Origin: Candidatus Binatia bacterium
GTDB lineage: Bacteria > Desulfobacterota > Binatia > HRBIN30
Assembly: GCA_038245295.1 (NCBI GenBank)
Contig: JBBRSP010000007.1
Location: forward strand, 64,001-128,000
Direction: 5' to 3'
DNA: 64,000 nt
Position numbers and translations under genes: made by a program. Under the pieces are notes generated by a model. The model searched no databases. It was not told where the DNA came from and saw only the letters and a program-made list of their open reading frames with translations. Shown one piece after another: positions 39,171 through 50,254 of the stretch (position 1 is the first letter of the stretch; the number at the start of each line of letters is the position of its first letter).

Positions 39171-39764
39171 GTGGAACTGGATGAGAAGATTTCTGAAGCG
39201 GTCGAACATGGGTCGGAGTCGAGGCTGAACTCGGTTGTTGCCATCGTCGTGGCTCTGACGGCGACGTTCATGGCGGTCGCCGCCGTGAAGGACGGCAACA
39301 TCGGTCAGACGATGGAACGCGCCCAGGCAAAGTCGGTCGACACCTGGGCCTACTACCAGGCGAAGAGTACCAAGCAGAGCCTCGCCGAAGCGACGTTGAC
39401 GCAGCTCAGCGTGCTGCAACTGACCAATGCGACGACACCCGAGTCGCGCGCCGCGCTGACACAACTCATGGCGCAATATACGGAACAGGCAAAACGCTAC
39501 GAGCGTGAGAAAGACGAGATCAAGACCGAGGCGGAAGGGTATGAGAACAGTTACGAGGAGCTCAACCTGCACGATGACCAGTTCGATCTCTCCGACGCAG
39601 CGTTATCCGTCTCAATCGCGCTGTGCGGCGTAACGGCGCTGACCCGCAAACGTTGGCTGCTCGTCGTGGCACTCGGGTTCATCGCGTTTGGCGTGTTCTT
39701 CGGCGTCGCCGGCTTCCTCAGCTGGCAGGTGCACCCCGACGCCCTCATGGCGTGGCTGTCGTAG
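39171..39764 (+). CDS. DUF4337-like membrane protein
   Basis: VAIVVALTATFMA, DTWAYYQAKSTKQSL, HDDQFDLSDA. Confidence 0.8.
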   Translation: MELDEKISEAVEHGSESRLNSVVAIVVALTATFMAVAAVKDGNIGQTMERAQAKSVDTWAYYQAKSTKQSLAEATLTQLSVLQLTNATTPESRAALTQLMAQYTEQAKRYEREKDEIKTEAEGYENSYEELNLHDDQFDLSDAALSVSIALCGVTALTRKRWLLVVALGFIAFGVFFGVAGFLSWQVHPDALMAWLS

Positions 39765-39788
39765 CGGAGTTCATCGAAGGCGATTCCT

Positions 39789-39849
39789 TCGGCCTCCGAC
39801 GCTTTAGCGAAGGAGGAACACTCGGCCTCCGAAGCTTTAGCGAAGGGGG
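39789..39849. repeat. Two tandem 28-bp hairpin repeats
   Basis: TCGGCCTCCGACGCTTTAGCGAAGGAGG and TCGGCCTCCGAAGCTTTAGCGAAGGGGG. Confidence 0.75.
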
Positions 39850-39950
39850 CTGCCCGCCGATTGTGCGTCTGCTCCCTTTCAATGCTCGCCGACCGTGCGT
39901 GCCGTGCAGCGCGTCGCACCGCCTGCGCGAATTCGCATCACTTCACCTCC

Positions 39951-39967
39951 TTGGCATGGGAATCGCA
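39951..39967 (+). promoter_or_regulatory. Sigma54 -24/-12 promoter of the porin-urt-ure locus
   Basis: TTGGCATGGGAATCGCA with GG-N10-GC spacing, ~50 bp upstream of the porin ATG. Confidence 0.6.
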
Positions 39968-40016
39968 GTCTCCCCCTTGGCGTGGGACCGAATTTTTCTC
40001 GACAAGGAGGAGCTCT

Positions 40017-41222
40017 ATGGGCAAGGGGAGGCGTCTCGAGACGGCAGTTGTCGCGGGCCTGATGTTGCTTGGAGGGTCGCAAGCCCTCGCCGGCGGCAAG
40101 ATCAGCATCGACGACACCAAGTGGATCAGCCTGGGCGCGGGAGGTCGAACGTCGTTCGCCGCGATAGAAAACGCGGCGCCGAGCGGCAACACCTACTCGA
40201 CGGATTTCAACCTCGACAACGCGCGTATCTACATCAACGGCCAGGTGCACAAGTACTTCAAGTTCGAGCTCAACACCGATTGTGCATTCTGCGGCAACAG
40301 CAGCCTTGAAAAGTTCCACCTACTCGACGCGATCGCCAAGGTAGAGATCAGTCCGTACTTCAACATCTGGGCTGGCCGTCTGCTGGTGCCCGCCGAGCGC
40401 CAGGAGATGAACGGCCCCTTCTATTCCAGCACGTACGACGCCTACAAGACGCCGTTCTTTCCCGCCGACTTCAGCACGAAGTTCGGTAGCGGCGGCGCCG
40501 GCGTCTACAATCGCGATCAGGGTGTCAACATCTGGGGTGCGGCCGGGCCCGAGGGGGCGTTCCAATACGTCGGCGGCGTTTTTCAAGGTCTCCAATCGTC
40601 GTCCAACTCCGGACCCAACAGGGATGACAATCCGCTGTTTGCCGCACGCATCGCCTACAACTTCCTGAGTGTCGAGAAGAACCCGGCCTATTACACCAGC
40701 GGCACATACTACGGCACGGGCGGCGACATCCTTACTCTCGGAGCCGTGTTGCAGTATCAGGAAGACGGGGCCGGATCGCATCTCAATACAGGCAACTTCC
40801 TTGGCTTCGAGACCGACCTGCTGTTCGAGAAGTCGATCGGTGACGTTGGAGTCTTCACGTTCAACGGCGAATACAAGCACTTCAACGCGGACTACAACAA
40901 AGCCGCGTTCACGGACGGCAGCGGCTCGTTCCCGATGTTCGATGGCGACTCCTACTCCCTGGTGGCGCTGTACATGATCAAGGACGCCGTCGGTCCCGGA
41001 AAGTTTCAGCCGTACGTGCGCTACACCGACGTCATGCCGAGCGACAGCAGCGATCGCAGCGAGTTTGAAGGCGGCCTCAACTACATCGTGGATGGTCACA
41101 ATGCGCGCGTGTCGCTGTTCTACCAATATGGCGACATCGCCACGAAGGGCCTGAACTATGCGCCAACAGCTTCCGGCGCCGACGTCAGCGCCATCAAGCT
41201 GGGTATTCAGCTGCAGATCTGA
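40017..41222 (+). CDS. Outer-membrane porin (OprO/P-like; probable short-chain amide/urea porin)
   Basis: Signal peptide, DFNLDNARIYINGQV, beta-strand pattern, terminal LGIQLQI; heads the urt operon; RBS AGGAGGAG. Confidence 0.8.
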   Translation: MGKGRRLETAVVAGLMLLGGSQALAGGKISIDDTKWISLGAGGRTSFAAIENAAPSGNTYSTDFNLDNARIYINGQVHKYFKFELNTDCAFCGNSSLEKFHLLDAIAKVEISPYFNIWAGRLLVPAERQEMNGPFYSSTYDAYKTPFFPADFSTKFGSGGAGVYNRDQGVNIWGAAGPEGAFQYVGGVFQGLQSSSNSGPNRDDNPLFAARIAYNFLSVEKNPAYYTSGTYYGTGGDILTLGAVLQYQEDGAGSHLNTGNFLGFETDLLFEKSIGDVGVFTFNGEYKHFNADYNKAAFTDGSGSFPMFDGDSYSLVALYMIKDAVGPGKFQPYVRYTDVMPSDSSDRSEFEGGLNYIVDGHNARVSLFYQYGDIATKGLNYAPTASGADVSAIKLGIQLQI

Positions 41223-41271
41223 AACGGGCGCGCCAACCACAAATCGACAATCGATAAGAAAGGGAGACGCA

Positions 41272-42564
41272 ATGAGAACGAAACTTCGCATCCCCGCTGT
41301 ACTGGCGGTGATGGCCGTCACATCAGTGCTGCGCGTCCTGCCGGCTCGAGCCGAGGAGACGATCAAGGTGGGCGTCTTGCACTCGCTGTCGGGCACGATG
41401 GCGATCAGCGAAACGACACTCAAAGATACGATGCTGATGCTCATCGACGAGCAAAACAAGAAGGGTGGTCTGCTCGGCAAGAAACTCGAGGCCGTCGTCG
41501 TCGATCCCGCTTCCAACTGGCCGCTGTTCGCCGAGAAGGCGCGCCAACTTCTCGAGAAGGACAAAGTCGCCGCCGTCTTTGGCTGCTGGACCTCAGTGTC
41601 ACGCAAATCCGTTCTGCCGGTATTCGAAGAGCTGAACGGCCTACTCTTCTACCCGGTGCAGTATGAAGGGGAGGAGTCGTCGAAGAACGTCTTCTACACC
41701 GGTGCCGCGCCGAACCAGCAGGCGATTCCCGCCGTCGACTATTTGATGAACGATCTCAAGGTTAAGCGTTGGGTGTTGGCCGGCACCGATTACGTTTACC
41801 CGCGCACCACCAACAAGATCCTCGAGGCGTACTTGAAGTCGAAGGGCGTCGCGAGTGAAGACATCATGATCAATTACACGCCGTTCGGTCACTCCGATTG
41901 GCAGAGCATCGTTGCCGACATCAAAAAGTTCGGCAGCGCCGGCAAGAAGACGGCCGTCGTCTCGACGATCAACGGTGACGCCAACGTTCCGTTCTACAAG
42001 GAGCTCGGCAACCAGGGCGTGTCGGCCGCCGACATTCCGGTCATCGCGTTCTCGGTCGGCGAAGAGGAGCTCTCGGGTATCGACACCAAGCCGCTGGTCG
42101 GCCACCTCGCCGCCTGGAACTACTTCATGAGTGTGAAAGCTCCGGCGAATGCCGAGTTCATCAAGACCTGGCACACCTTCATCAAGAACCCGAAGCGCGT
42201 CACCAACGACCCGATGGAAGCTCACTACATCGGCTTCAACATGTGGGTGAAAGCCGTCACCAAGGCCGGCACCACCGATCCCAAGGCCGTGCAGAAGGCG
42301 ATCATCGGCGTCGAGGCACCCAACCTGTCCGGCGGCATTGCCAAGATGTTGCCCAACCATCACATCACCAAGCCGGTGCTGATCGGCGAAATCCAGGAGG
42401 ATGGCCAATTCGCCACCGTCTGGAAAACCAAGGATCTCGTGCCGGGTGACGCGTGGTCGGACTTCCTTCCTGATAGCAAGATCATCGAGGCGGATTGGAC
42501 CGACAAGCTGAACTGCGGCAACTACAACACGGTCACCAAGAAATGTTCAGGGCAGAACTACTGA
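41272..42564 (+). CDS. urtA: Urea ABC transporter substrate-binding protein
   Basis: IKVGVLHSLSGTMAISE, DPASNWPLFAEKA, GCWTSVSRKSVLP, YPVQYEG. Confidence 0.96.
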   Translation: MRTKLRIPAVLAVMAVTSVLRVLPARAEETIKVGVLHSLSGTMAISETTLKDTMLMLIDEQNKKGGLLGKKLEAVVVDPASNWPLFAEKARQLLEKDKVAAVFGCWTSVSRKSVLPVFEELNGLLFYPVQYEGEESSKNVFYTGAAPNQQAIPAVDYLMNDLKVKRWVLAGTDYVYPRTTNKILEAYLKSKGVASEDIMINYTPFGHSDWQSIVADIKKFGSAGKKTAVVSTINGDANVPFYKELGNQGVSAADIPVIAFSVGEEELSGIDTKPLVGHLAAWNYFMSVKAPANAEFIKTWHTFIKNPKRVTNDPMEAHYIGFNMWVKAVTKAGTTDPKAVQKAIIGVEAPNLSGGIAKMLPNHHITKPVLIGEIQEDGQFATVWKTKDLVPGDAWSDFLPDSKIIEADWTDKLNCGNYNTVTKKCSGQNY

Positions 42565-42592
42565 GTCGGTTTCAACAACTTCCGTAGTTTCC

Positions 42593-42640
42593 GTTGCAAA
42601 AGCGCGCCGGGGTCGGTTTGACCCGGCGCGTTTCCGCAAC
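42593..42640 (+). terminator. Stem-loop between urtA and urtB (partial terminator or mRNA stabiliser)
   Basis: GTTGCAAAAGCGCGCCGGGGTC-GGTTT-GACCCGGCGCGTTTCCGCAAC. Confidence 0.6.
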
Positions 42641-42658
42641 AGCCCTGGAAGGAGCAGT

Positions 42659-44296
42659 GTGCGCGTGCGACTCGTATCCGGATTTATCGCCCTCTCTTGC
42701 CTGCTGTCGATCGGTACTGCGGCCACGCCGTGCCGCGCCGACGACGCGGCGCTGGCGGCTGGGATAGAGGGTCTCAAGAGTTCGGACTTCGAAACCAAGG
42801 GCGAGGCGGTAGACCAGATCGCCGAGAGCGGGGCCGATCGCGCCCGCGTTGTCCTGGGGGCGCTGCTCGAGGGGCGACTGTATCTCCACCCCTCCGACGA
42901 CGTTGCCGTCATTGCCTCCGAAGGTCAGTCGCGCTTCGAGATCGCCGACGCACTGACCGGCGCTGCCCTCGGCAATATCGAGAAGGATGACGTCAAGAAG
43001 ATCGTCATCAACAATCAGATGCGCGGCGGTCTGCGCATTGTCCTGGCGCGTTTGAGCCTGCGCGCCAGCGATTCCACCGTCCGACGGCTGGCGGTCGAGT
43101 CGCTTTTCGGATCGCTCACGGACGAAACCCTGGCTTTGCTGCGCGAAGCACTCTTGGTGGAGACAAACCCCGCCGTACAGACCTCACTGCGCACGGCACT
43201 GGCGCTGGCCGACATGGACTCGAAAGATCTCGAACGCCGCCGCGCCGCCATCGAAACTCTGGGGCAGAGCATGCATTCGGAGGCGCGCACGCGCCTGGCG
43301 GCCCTGCTCGAGAACGACGCGAGCGGTGCGCCGCGTGAGCCCGACGACGACCTGCGCCACGCCGCGGCCCTGGCGGTGACACACATCGACGACATGCGCA
43401 CGTTCTACGGCCTGATCGAGACCATGTTCTTCGGCTTGAGCCTCGGCTTCGTGCTGGTGTTGGCAGCGACCGGCCTGGCGATCACCTTCGGGGTCATGGG
43501 CGTGATCAATATGGCGCACGGCGAGCTCATGATGCTCGGCGCCTACGCAACCTGGGTGGTGCAGCAAGCGATGCCGGAGCACCTCGAGTTGTCGCTCTTC
43601 GCCGCCATCCCAGTTGCCTTCCTGGTCTCGGCCGCGGTCGGCGTCGCCATTGAACGCGGCGTGGTGCGCTTTCTCTATGGGCGCCCCCTAGAAACACTGC
43701 TCGCAACATTCGGGATCAGCCTGGTCCTGCAACAAACCGTCCGCTCGGTATTCTCGCCACTCAATCGCGCCGTCGCGACGCCGGCTTGGATGAGCGGACA
43801 GCTCGTGGTGAACGACGCGCTTGGCATCACCTACAACCGTCTCTACATCATTGTGTTCAGCATTGCGGTCTTCCTCTCCCTGGTGGCGCTGTTGCGCTAT
43901 TCGACACTCGGCTTGCAGGTACGCGCGGTCGCCCAGAATCGCGCCATGGCGCGCGCCATGGGGATACGTGCCGGCTGGATCGACGCGATCACGTTTGGTC
44001 TCGGCTCGGGTGTGGCCGGACTTGCCGGCGTGGCGTTGAGTCAGCTGACCAACGTCGGACCAAACCTCGGCCAGGCGCACATCGTCGATTCGTTCATGGT
44101 CGTCGTGTTCGGCGGGGTGGGAAATCTATGGGGCACGCTGGTTGCCGGACTGTCTCTCGGCATCGCCAACAAGTTTCTCGAACCCTACGCCGGCGCGGTG
44201 CTGGCAAAGATTTTCGTTCTCGTGTTCATCATCCTTTTCATCCAGAAGCGACCGCGTGGGTTGTTCCCCCACCGTGGTCGTTCCGCGGAGGGTTGA
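42659..44296 (+). CDS. urtB: Urea ABC transporter permease with N-terminal periplasmic helical domain
   Basis: GLAITFGVMGVINMAHGE, LYGRPLETLLATFG, NVGPNLGQ, LFIQKRPRGLF. Confidence 0.93.
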   Translation: MRVRLVSGFIALSCLLSIGTAATPCRADDAALAAGIEGLKSSDFETKGEAVDQIAESGADRARVVLGALLEGRLYLHPSDDVAVIASEGQSRFEIADALTGAALGNIEKDDVKKIVINNQMRGGLRIVLARLSLRASDSTVRRLAVESLFGSLTDETLALLREALLVETNPAVQTSLRTALALADMDSKDLERRRAAIETLGQSMHSEARTRLAALLENDASGAPREPDDDLRHAAALAVTHIDDMRTFYGLIETMFFGLSLGFVLVLAATGLAITFGVMGVINMAHGELMMLGAYATWVVQQAMPEHLELSLFAAIPVAFLVSAAVGVAIERGVVRFLYGRPLETLLATFGISLVLQQTVRSVFSPLNRAVATPAWMSGQLVVNDALGITYNRLYIIVFSIAVFLSLVALLRYSTLGLQVRAVAQNRAMARAMGIRAGWIDAITFGLGSGVAGLAGVALSQLTNVGPNLGQAHIVDSFMVVVFGGVGNLWGTLVAGLSLGIANKFLEPYAGAVLAKIFVLVFIILFIQKRPRGLFPHRGRSAEG

Positions 44297-44297
44297 T

Positions 44298-45392
44298 ATG
44301 TTGGCAACCTTACGCGCCCGTCTTTCGCTCCCCGACGTCGCCGTCCTCGGCATTCTCGCCGCGCTGGCGATCGCCGTGCCGCTGCTCAACCTGGTGACAC
44401 CGCACGATTCGGCGCTGCACATGTCGACCTTCACCGTCACGCTGCTCGGCAAGTACCTTTGTTACGCGCTGCTGGCGTTGGCCGTCGATCTCGTCTGGGG
44501 CTACTGCGGCATCCTGAGCCTCGGCCACGGCGCCTTCTTCGCACTCGGTGGCTACGCCATGGGCATGTATCTGATGCGACAGATCGGCGATCGCGGCGTT
44601 TACGGCAATCCGCTGCTGCCCGACTTCATGGTCTTCCTCAATTGGCCGGCGCTGCCGTGGTACTGGTGGGGCTCGTCGAGCTTCGTGTTTGCCATGACCC
44701 TCGTCGTCGTCGTGCCGGCGCTGCTGGCGCTGGTGTTCGGATGGTTCGCGTTCCGCTCACGCGTCACCGGGGTCTACCTGTCGATCATCACGCAAGCCAT
44801 GACCTACGCCCTACTGCTGGCGTTCTTCCGCAATGAGATGGGCTTCGGCGGCAACAACGGACTGACCGATTTCAAGGAGCTGCTTGGATTCAGCCTGCAT
44901 GCCGATGCGACACGTGTGGCATTGTTCGTCATCACGGCGGGATTCCTCGGGTTGGCATACGTCGGTTGCCGGGCCATTTCCGCCTCGCGGTTTGGACGGA
45001 TTGTCGTGGCGATCCGCGATGCGGAGGATCGAGCGCGATTCCTCGGGTATCGCGTCGAATACTTCAAGACATGGATCTTCGTCGTCTCGGCAATCCTCGC
45101 GGCAATCGCCGGAGCACTGTACGTGCCGCAAATCGGCATCATCAATCCCGGTGAGTTCGCGCCACTGACCTCGATTGAGCTGGTCATCTGGGTCGCCATC
45201 GGCGGCCGTGGCACACTCTACGGCGCCATCCTGGGCGCGGTGTTGGTCAACTTCGCCAAGACCCAGTTTACCGGCATCCTGCCCGAGGCGTGGCTGTTCG
45301 TGCTCGGTGCCTTATTTGTCTTCGTCACGCTCTTCCTGCCTTCCGGAATCGTCGGCCTCGGCCGGCGCTGGGCCCCGGAGGAAGCGTCATGA
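44298..45392 (+). CDS. urtC: Urea ABC transporter permease
   Basis: LVWGYCGILSLGHGAFFALGGY, LPDFM, GVYLSIITQA, GFGGNNGLTDF. Confidence 0.94.
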   Translation: MLATLRARLSLPDVAVLGILAALAIAVPLLNLVTPHDSALHMSTFTVTLLGKYLCYALLALAVDLVWGYCGILSLGHGAFFALGGYAMGMYLMRQIGDRGVYGNPLLPDFMVFLNWPALPWYWWGSSSFVFAMTLVVVVPALLALVFGWFAFRSRVTGVYLSIITQAMTYALLLAFFRNEMGFGGNNGLTDFKELLGFSLHADATRVALFVITAGFLGLAYVGCRAISASRFGRIVVAIRDAEDRARFLGYRVEYFKTWIFVVSAILAAIAGALYVPQIGIINPGEFAPLTSIELVIWVAIGGRGTLYGAILGAVLVNFAKTQFTGILPEAWLFVLGALFVFVTLFLPSGIVGLGRRWAPEEAS

Positions 45393-46201
45393 ACGCCGCG
45401 ATCCGCGAGCCCAACGACGCCACCGTGGAATCCGAAGCGACACCAGCCAACCTGGATGTGCTGCACGGGTCGATCCTCTACCTCGAAGGCATCACCGTCA
45501 GCTTCGATGGCTTCCGAGCCCTGAACGATCTGAGCTTGTACATCGAACGTGGCGAGTTGCGCTGCATCATCGGACCCAACGGAGCCGGCAAGAGTACGAT
45601 GATGGATGTGGTGACCGGCAAGACACGGCCCGACCTCGGCAGCGCCTTCTTTGACCGCAACACCAACCTGCTCGCCTTGAGCGAGCCGGAAATCGTCAAG
45701 GCCGGGATCGGCCGCAAGTTTCAGAAACCGACGGTGTTCGAGCAGCTACCGGTGTTCGTCAACCTCGAGCTCGCCATGCGGGCCGACAAGGGCGTGTGGG
45801 CAACGTTGTTCGCGCGCTTAAGCGGCGAGCAACGCGACCGCATCGATGCCGTGCTCGAGACAATCGGGCTGCTCGAGTCGCGTCACCGCCGCGCCGGAGC
45901 CCTGTCGCACGGTCAGAAGCAATGGCTGGAGATCGGCATGCTGCTCATGCAGGAGCCGCAACTCATGTTGGTCGACGAGCCGGTTGCCGGCATGACGCAT
46001 CAGGAGACAGAGCGTACAGCCGAGCTCCTCGTCTCACTCGCCGGCGAACGCTCGGTCGTCGTCGTCGAACACGACATGGAGTTCGTCCGCTCGATTGCCC
46101 GCCGGGTCACGGTTCTTCACGAAGGACACGTGCTCGCCGAAGGCGACATGGACGCTGTGCAAAACGACCAGAAGGTCATCGAAGTCTATCTGGGGGCGTG
46201 A
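45389..46201 (+). CDS. urtD: Urea ABC transporter ATP-binding protein
   Basis: VSFDGFRAL, GPNGAGKST, GIGRKFQKPTVFE, LSHGQKQWLEIG. Confidence 0.94.
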   Translation: MNAAIREPNDATVESEATPANLDVLHGSILYLEGITVSFDGFRALNDLSLYIERGELRCIIGPNGAGKSTMMDVVTGKTRPDLGSAFFDRNTNLLALSEPEIVKAGIGRKFQKPTVFEQLPVFVNLELAMRADKGVWATLFARLSGEQRDRIDAVLETIGLLESRHRRAGALSHGQKQWLEIGMLLMQEPQLMLVDEPVAGMTHQETERTAELLVSLAGERSVVVVEHDMEFVRSIARRVTVLHEGHVLAEGDMDAVQNDQKVIEVYLGA

Positions 46202-46899
46202 TGCTGAGCCTGCAGGGTATCAATCAATTCTACGGCGAGAGTCACACGTTGTGGGACCTCGCTCTCGAGGTCCCTACCGGCTCGTGCACATGCCTGATGG
46301 GCCGCAACGGCGTCGGCAAGACGACGACACTGAAATGCATCATGGGGCTGCTGTCGTTGCGCGGTGGCGAGATCCGCTTCGAGGACACGCTGCTGTCGGC
46401 CCAACCGGCCGAGGCACGCGCCCGCATCGGTATCGGCTACGTGCCGCAGGGACGCGAGATTTTCCCGCGCCTTAGCGTCGACGAGAACCTGCGTATCGGC
46501 TTGGCCGTCAACCGCCGCCCCAGCGCCCGCCGCGCCTACGATCGCGTGCTCGAAACCTTCCCGATGTTGCGCCAGATGTTGCGCCGCCGCGGCGGTGATC
46601 TCTCGGGCGGCCAGCAACAGCAGCTCGCCATCGGGCGGGCGCTCATTCTGGAACCGCGCCTGCTGATCCTCGATGAACCGACGGAAGGCATCCAACCGAA
46701 TATCGTTCACGAGATCGGCGACACTATCGTCAAGCTCAACCGTGAGCTGGAGATGACGGTCCTGCTGGTAGAGCAGAAGTTGCCGCTGGCGCGCCGTGTT
46801 GCCGATCGATTTTACGTGTTAGACAAAGGCCGCGCTGTGGCGGCCGGAGCGATGAACGAGCTCGATGACGCCTTGGTGCGCCGCTACTTGACCGTATGA
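46201..46899 (+). CDS. urtE: Urea ABC transporter ATP-binding protein
   Basis: YGESHTL, GRNGVGKTT, YVPQGREIFP, LSGGQQQQ, LDEPTEGIQPNI. Confidence 0.94.
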   Translation: MLSLQGINQFYGESHTLWDLALEVPTGSCTCLMGRNGVGKTTTLKCIMGLLSLRGGEIRFEDTLLSAQPAEARARIGIGYVPQGREIFPRLSVDENLRIGLAVNRRPSARRAYDRVLETFPMLRQMLRRRGGDLSGGQQQQLAIGRALILEPRLLILDEPTEGIQPNIVHEIGDTIVKLNRELEMTVLLVEQKLPLARRVADRFYVLDKGRAVAAGAMNELDDALVRRYLTV

Positions 46900-46908
46900 G
46901 GAGTGTGG

Positions 46909-47757
46909 GTGACCGGCGCGAACGATGTCTCTGGCGTGGTCGACGGCCGCGACGCCGCGGGTTGGCGCGCCGAACTGGCGCTGCGCTTCGCGTACCGGCG
47001 CGAACGCACCGTGCTGGCAGATCGGCACCAACGCGGCCCACTCCTGGTCCAGCGCCCGTTCTATCCCGAGGCCGATGGCATCTGTCACACATACCTGCTG
47101 CACCCGCCGGCCGGAATTGTCGGCGGCGACCGGTTGCGAGTCAGCGTCGATCTCGAGGCCGGAGCGCACGCCCTGGTGACAACGCCGGCAGCAACGCGCT
47201 GGTATTTCAGCCGCGGGCGCGAAGCACAGATTGTCCAGTACGCGCGCCTCGCCGAAGCGGCGACCCTCGAGTGGTTGCCGCAGGAGACACTCCTGTTCGA
47301 CGGCGCCCATGCGCGTTTGACGACGCGTATCGATCTCGAAGGCGACGCACGCTTCTGCGGCTGGGAGATTCTCGGCCTCGGTCGCCCGGCTTGTGGCGAG
47401 GAGTTTTACAACGGCCGGCTCGATTTTCGCTTCGAAGTGTTTCGGCATGGACAGCCGCTGCTCCTCGAACGCCTGCGCGGCGGACCAGGCGGGGTGGCGG
47501 GACTACGCGGCTACCCCGCCTGTGCGACATTCATCGCGACAGGCGCAAACACAACGGCGCTCGAACGGGCGCGCGAAATTCTCGGCGCAGCGCCCGACGC
47601 ACTTTGCGGGGCGACATTGATCGACAGCCTTCTCGTGGCCCGCGGCTTGGCGCCATGCTGCGAACCGCTGATGACCGCATTTTCGGAGTTATGGTCGGCG
47701 CTGCGTCCGCTGCTCCTGGGACGGGCCGCCATGCCACCGCGCATCTGGCGCACATAA
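46909..47757 (+). CDS. ureD: Urease accessory protein UreD
   Basis: [45 protein letters not shown]. Confidence 0.93.
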   Translation: MTGANDVSGVVDGRDAAGWRAELALRFAYRRERTVLADRHQRGPLLVQRPFYPEADGICHTYLLHPPAGIVGGDRLRVSVDLEAGAHALVTTPAATRWYFSRGREAQIVQYARLAEAATLEWLPQETLLFDGAHARLTTRIDLEGDARFCGWEILGLGRPACGEEFYNGRLDFRFEVFRHGQPLLLERLRGGPGGVAGLRGYPACATFIATGANTTALERAREILGAAPDALCGATLIDSLLVARGLAPCCEPLMTAFSELWSALRPLLLGRAAMPPRIWRT

Positions 47758-47770
47758 GGAGGAACCTTCG

Positions 47771-48073
47771 ATGGAGCTTTCACCACGCGAGAAAGACAAG
47801 TTGCTCCTGTTCACCGCGGCGCTCGTCGCCGAACGCCGGCGCGCCCGCGGGCTCAAGCTCAATTACCCCGAGGCTATTGCCCTGATCAGCGCCGACATCC
47901 TCGAGGGAGCGCGTGATGGCTTGTCGGTCGCCGAGCTGATGAATCGCGGCCGCACCGTGCTCGGTGTCGATGACGTGATGGATGGAGTCGCCGAGATGAT
48001 CCACGAAGTGCAGGTCGAGGCGACTTTCCCGGACGGGACCAAGCTGGTCACGGTCCATGATCCAATCCAATGA
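47771..48073 (+). CDS. ureA: Urease gamma subunit
   Basis: [38 protein letters not shown]. Confidence 0.97.
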   Translation: MELSPREKDKLLLFTAALVAERRRARGLKLNYPEAIALISADILEGARDGLSVAELMNRGRTVLGVDDVMDGVAEMIHEVQVEATFPDGTKLVTVHDPIQ

Positions 48074-48198
48074 GCGCACCCTCACCCCGACCCTCTCCCG
48101 CCTGCGAGTTTTCCGGATTCGGCGGGAGAGGGAGAATCTCCCCTCTCCCACTCCGAGTGGATTCGGCGGCGGTGGGAGAGGGTTAGGGTGAGGGTGCG
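48074..48198. repeat. Paired inverted REP-like elements (BIME-like) between ureA and ureB
   Basis: GCACCCTCACCCCGACCCTCTCCCG...GGGAGAGGGAGAATCTCCCCTCTCCC...GGGAGAGGGTTAGGGTGAGGGTGC. Confidence 0.85.
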
Positions 48199-48225
48199 TT
48201 GCTGTTCCGAACGAGAGGACCGCAT

Positions 48226-48543
48226 ATGAACCCAGGCGAAGTGTTCACGGCAGATTCCGAGATTACCCTAAACGTCGGACGCCCGACGTGTGTCGTCGCG
48301 GTTGCCAACACCGGCGATCGGCCAATCCAGGTGGGCTCGCATTACCACTTCTTCGAGACGAACCCGGCGCTGGCCTTCGACCGCCCGCTGACGCGCGGCT
48401 TCCGCCTCAACATCCCGGCCGGCACGGCCATCCGCTTCGAGCCGGGCCAGACCCGCACGGTCGAGTTGGTGGCCTATGCCGGCGCGCGGCGCGTTTATGG
48501 CTTTCGTGCCGCGGTCACGGGCCCGCTGGAGGGGAAGCCATGA
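48226..48543 (+). CDS. ureB: Urease beta subunit
   Basis: [34 protein letters not shown]. Confidence 0.97.
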   Translation: MNPGEVFTADSEITLNVGRPTCVVAVANTGDRPIQVGSHYHFFETNPALAFDRPLTRGFRLNIPAGTAIRFEPGQTRTVELVAYAGARRVYGFRAAVTGPLEGKP

Positions 48544-50243
48544 GAAGCTTGTCACGCCGCGCCTACGCCGAGCTCTACGGGCCGACGACCGGTGATCGCA
48601 TCCGGCTCGCCGACACCGAGCTCATCATCGAGGTCGAACGCGACTATGCCACCTATGGCGAAGAAGTAACCTTCGGCGGCGGCAAGGTCATTCGCGACGG
48701 CATGGGGCAGAGCCAACAAACGAACGCGACGGCGGTCGATCTGGTTCTCACCAATGCTCTGATCATCGATCACTGGGGCATCGTCAAAGCCGACATCGGC
48801 ATCAAGAACGGGCGTATCGCCGGCATCGGCAAGGCCGGCAATCCCGACGTGCAACCGGGCGTCGACATCATCATCGGACCGGGCACCGAGATCATCGCGG
48901 CAGAGGGCCAGATCGTCACCGCCGGAGCGATCGACTCACACATTCATTTCATCTGCCCACAGCAGGTCGAGGATGCGTTGATGTCGGGCGTCACGACGAT
49001 GATCGGTGGTGGTACCGGTCCGGCAACCGGCACCAACGCCACAACCTGCACACCGGGCCCGTGGTATCTGCATCGCATGCTGCAGGCTGCCGATGCGTTG
49101 CCGATGAATCTCGGCTTCCTGGGTAAAGGCAACGCGAGCCTCCCCGAAGGACTCGAAGAGCAGATCGCCGCGGGGGCGATGGGTCTGAAGTTGCACGAGG
49201 ATTGGGGCACGACACCAGCGGCGATCGACAACTGCCTCGCCGTCGCCGAGCGCCATGACGTGCAGGTGGCGATTCACACCGACACACTGAACGAGTCGGG
49301 CTTCGTCGAAGACACAGTCACCGCGTTCAAAGGCAGAACCATCCACACGTATCACACCGAAGGCGCCGGCGGCGGCCACGCACCCGACATCATCAAGGTG
49401 TGCGGCGAGGCGAATGTCTTGCCCTCGAGCACCAACCCGACGCGGCCGTACACGGTCAACACGATTGACGAGCATCTCGACATGCTCATGGTCTGCCATC
49501 ACTTGTCGCCATCGATTCCCGAGGATGTCGCGTTCGCCGAGTCGCGCATTCGCCGCGAGACGATCGCCGCCGAGGACATCCTGCACGACCTCGGGGCCTT
49601 CTCGATGATCTCCTCAGATTCGCAAGCGATGGGGCGCGTCGGCGAAGTCATCACGCGCACCTGGCAGACGGCGCACAAGATGAAGGTGCAGCGCGGCAGC
49701 CTGGCCGGCGATCCGTCGACGCACGACAACACACGCGTCAAACGCTACATCGCCAAGTACACGATCAATCCGGCCATCACCCACGGCGTCGCGCATGAGG
49801 TTGGCTCCATCGCGCTGGGGCGCCTTGCTGACCTTGTTCTCTGGAAGCCGGCATTCTTCGGGGTCAAGCCGAGTCTGATCCTCAAAGGCGGCATGTTGGT
49901 CGCAGCCGCGATGGGTGATCCGAATGCGTCGATCCCGACGCCGCAGCCTGTCCACTACCGACCGATGTTCGGCGCCCTCGGCGGAGCGCGCAACGCGACG
50001 TGTATGAGCTTCCTTTCGCAAGCAGCCATCGCCGCTGGCGTGCCGCAGGAACTTGGGCTGCGCAACCGCATCGGCGCCGTGCAGGGGACGCGCAAGATCG
50101 GCAAGGCCGACCTGATCCACAATCACTATCAACCGCGTATCGAGGTGGACGCGCGAACCTATGAGGTGCGGGCCGACGGGGAGCTATTGACCTGCGAGCC
50201 GGCTCGCGAGCTGCCGATGGCGCAGCGCTACTTTCTCTTTTGA
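48540..50243 (+). CDS. ureC: Urease alpha (catalytic) subunit
   Basis: Ni ligands present: [46 protein letters not shown]; ends [10 protein letters not shown]. Confidence 0.98.
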   Translation: MRSLSRRAYAELYGPTTGDRIRLADTELIIEVERDYATYGEEVTFGGGKVIRDGMGQSQQTNATAVDLVLTNALIIDHWGIVKADIGIKNGRIAGIGKAGNPDVQPGVDIIIGPGTEIIAAEGQIVTAGAIDSHIHFICPQQVEDALMSGVTTMIGGGTGPATGTNATTCTPGPWYLHRMLQAADALPMNLGFLGKGNASLPEGLEEQIAAGAMGLKLHEDWGTTPAAIDNCLAVAERHDVQVAIHTDTLNESGFVEDTVTAFKGRTIHTYHTEGAGGGHAPDIIKVCGEANVLPSSTNPTRPYTVNTIDEHLDMLMVCHHLSPSIPEDVAFAESRIRRETIAAEDILHDLGAFSMISSDSQAMGRVGEVITRTWQTAHKMKVQRGSLAGDPSTHDNTRVKRYIAKYTINPAITHGVAHEVGSIALGRLADLVLWKPAFFGVKPSLILKGGMLVAAAMGDPNASIPTPQPVHYRPMFGALGGARNATCMSFLSQAAIAAGVPQELGLRNRIGAVQGTRKIGKADLIHNHYQPRIEVDARTYEVRADGELLTCEPARELPMAQRYFLF

Positions 50244-50254
50244 GGCGTTGCGCC

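Noticed and set aside
39789..39849. Two 28-bp repeats as a mini-CRISPR
   Set aside because: Spacer is only 5 bp, there are two units and no cas genes; fits a REP-like hairpin.
39851..39886. Possible NtrC boxes (TGCCCGCCGATTGTGCG, TGCTCCCTTTCAATGCT) upstream of the urea locus
   Set aside because: Weak match to TGCAC-N7-GTGCA, and the first overlaps the adjacent repeat; not supportable without a PWM scan.
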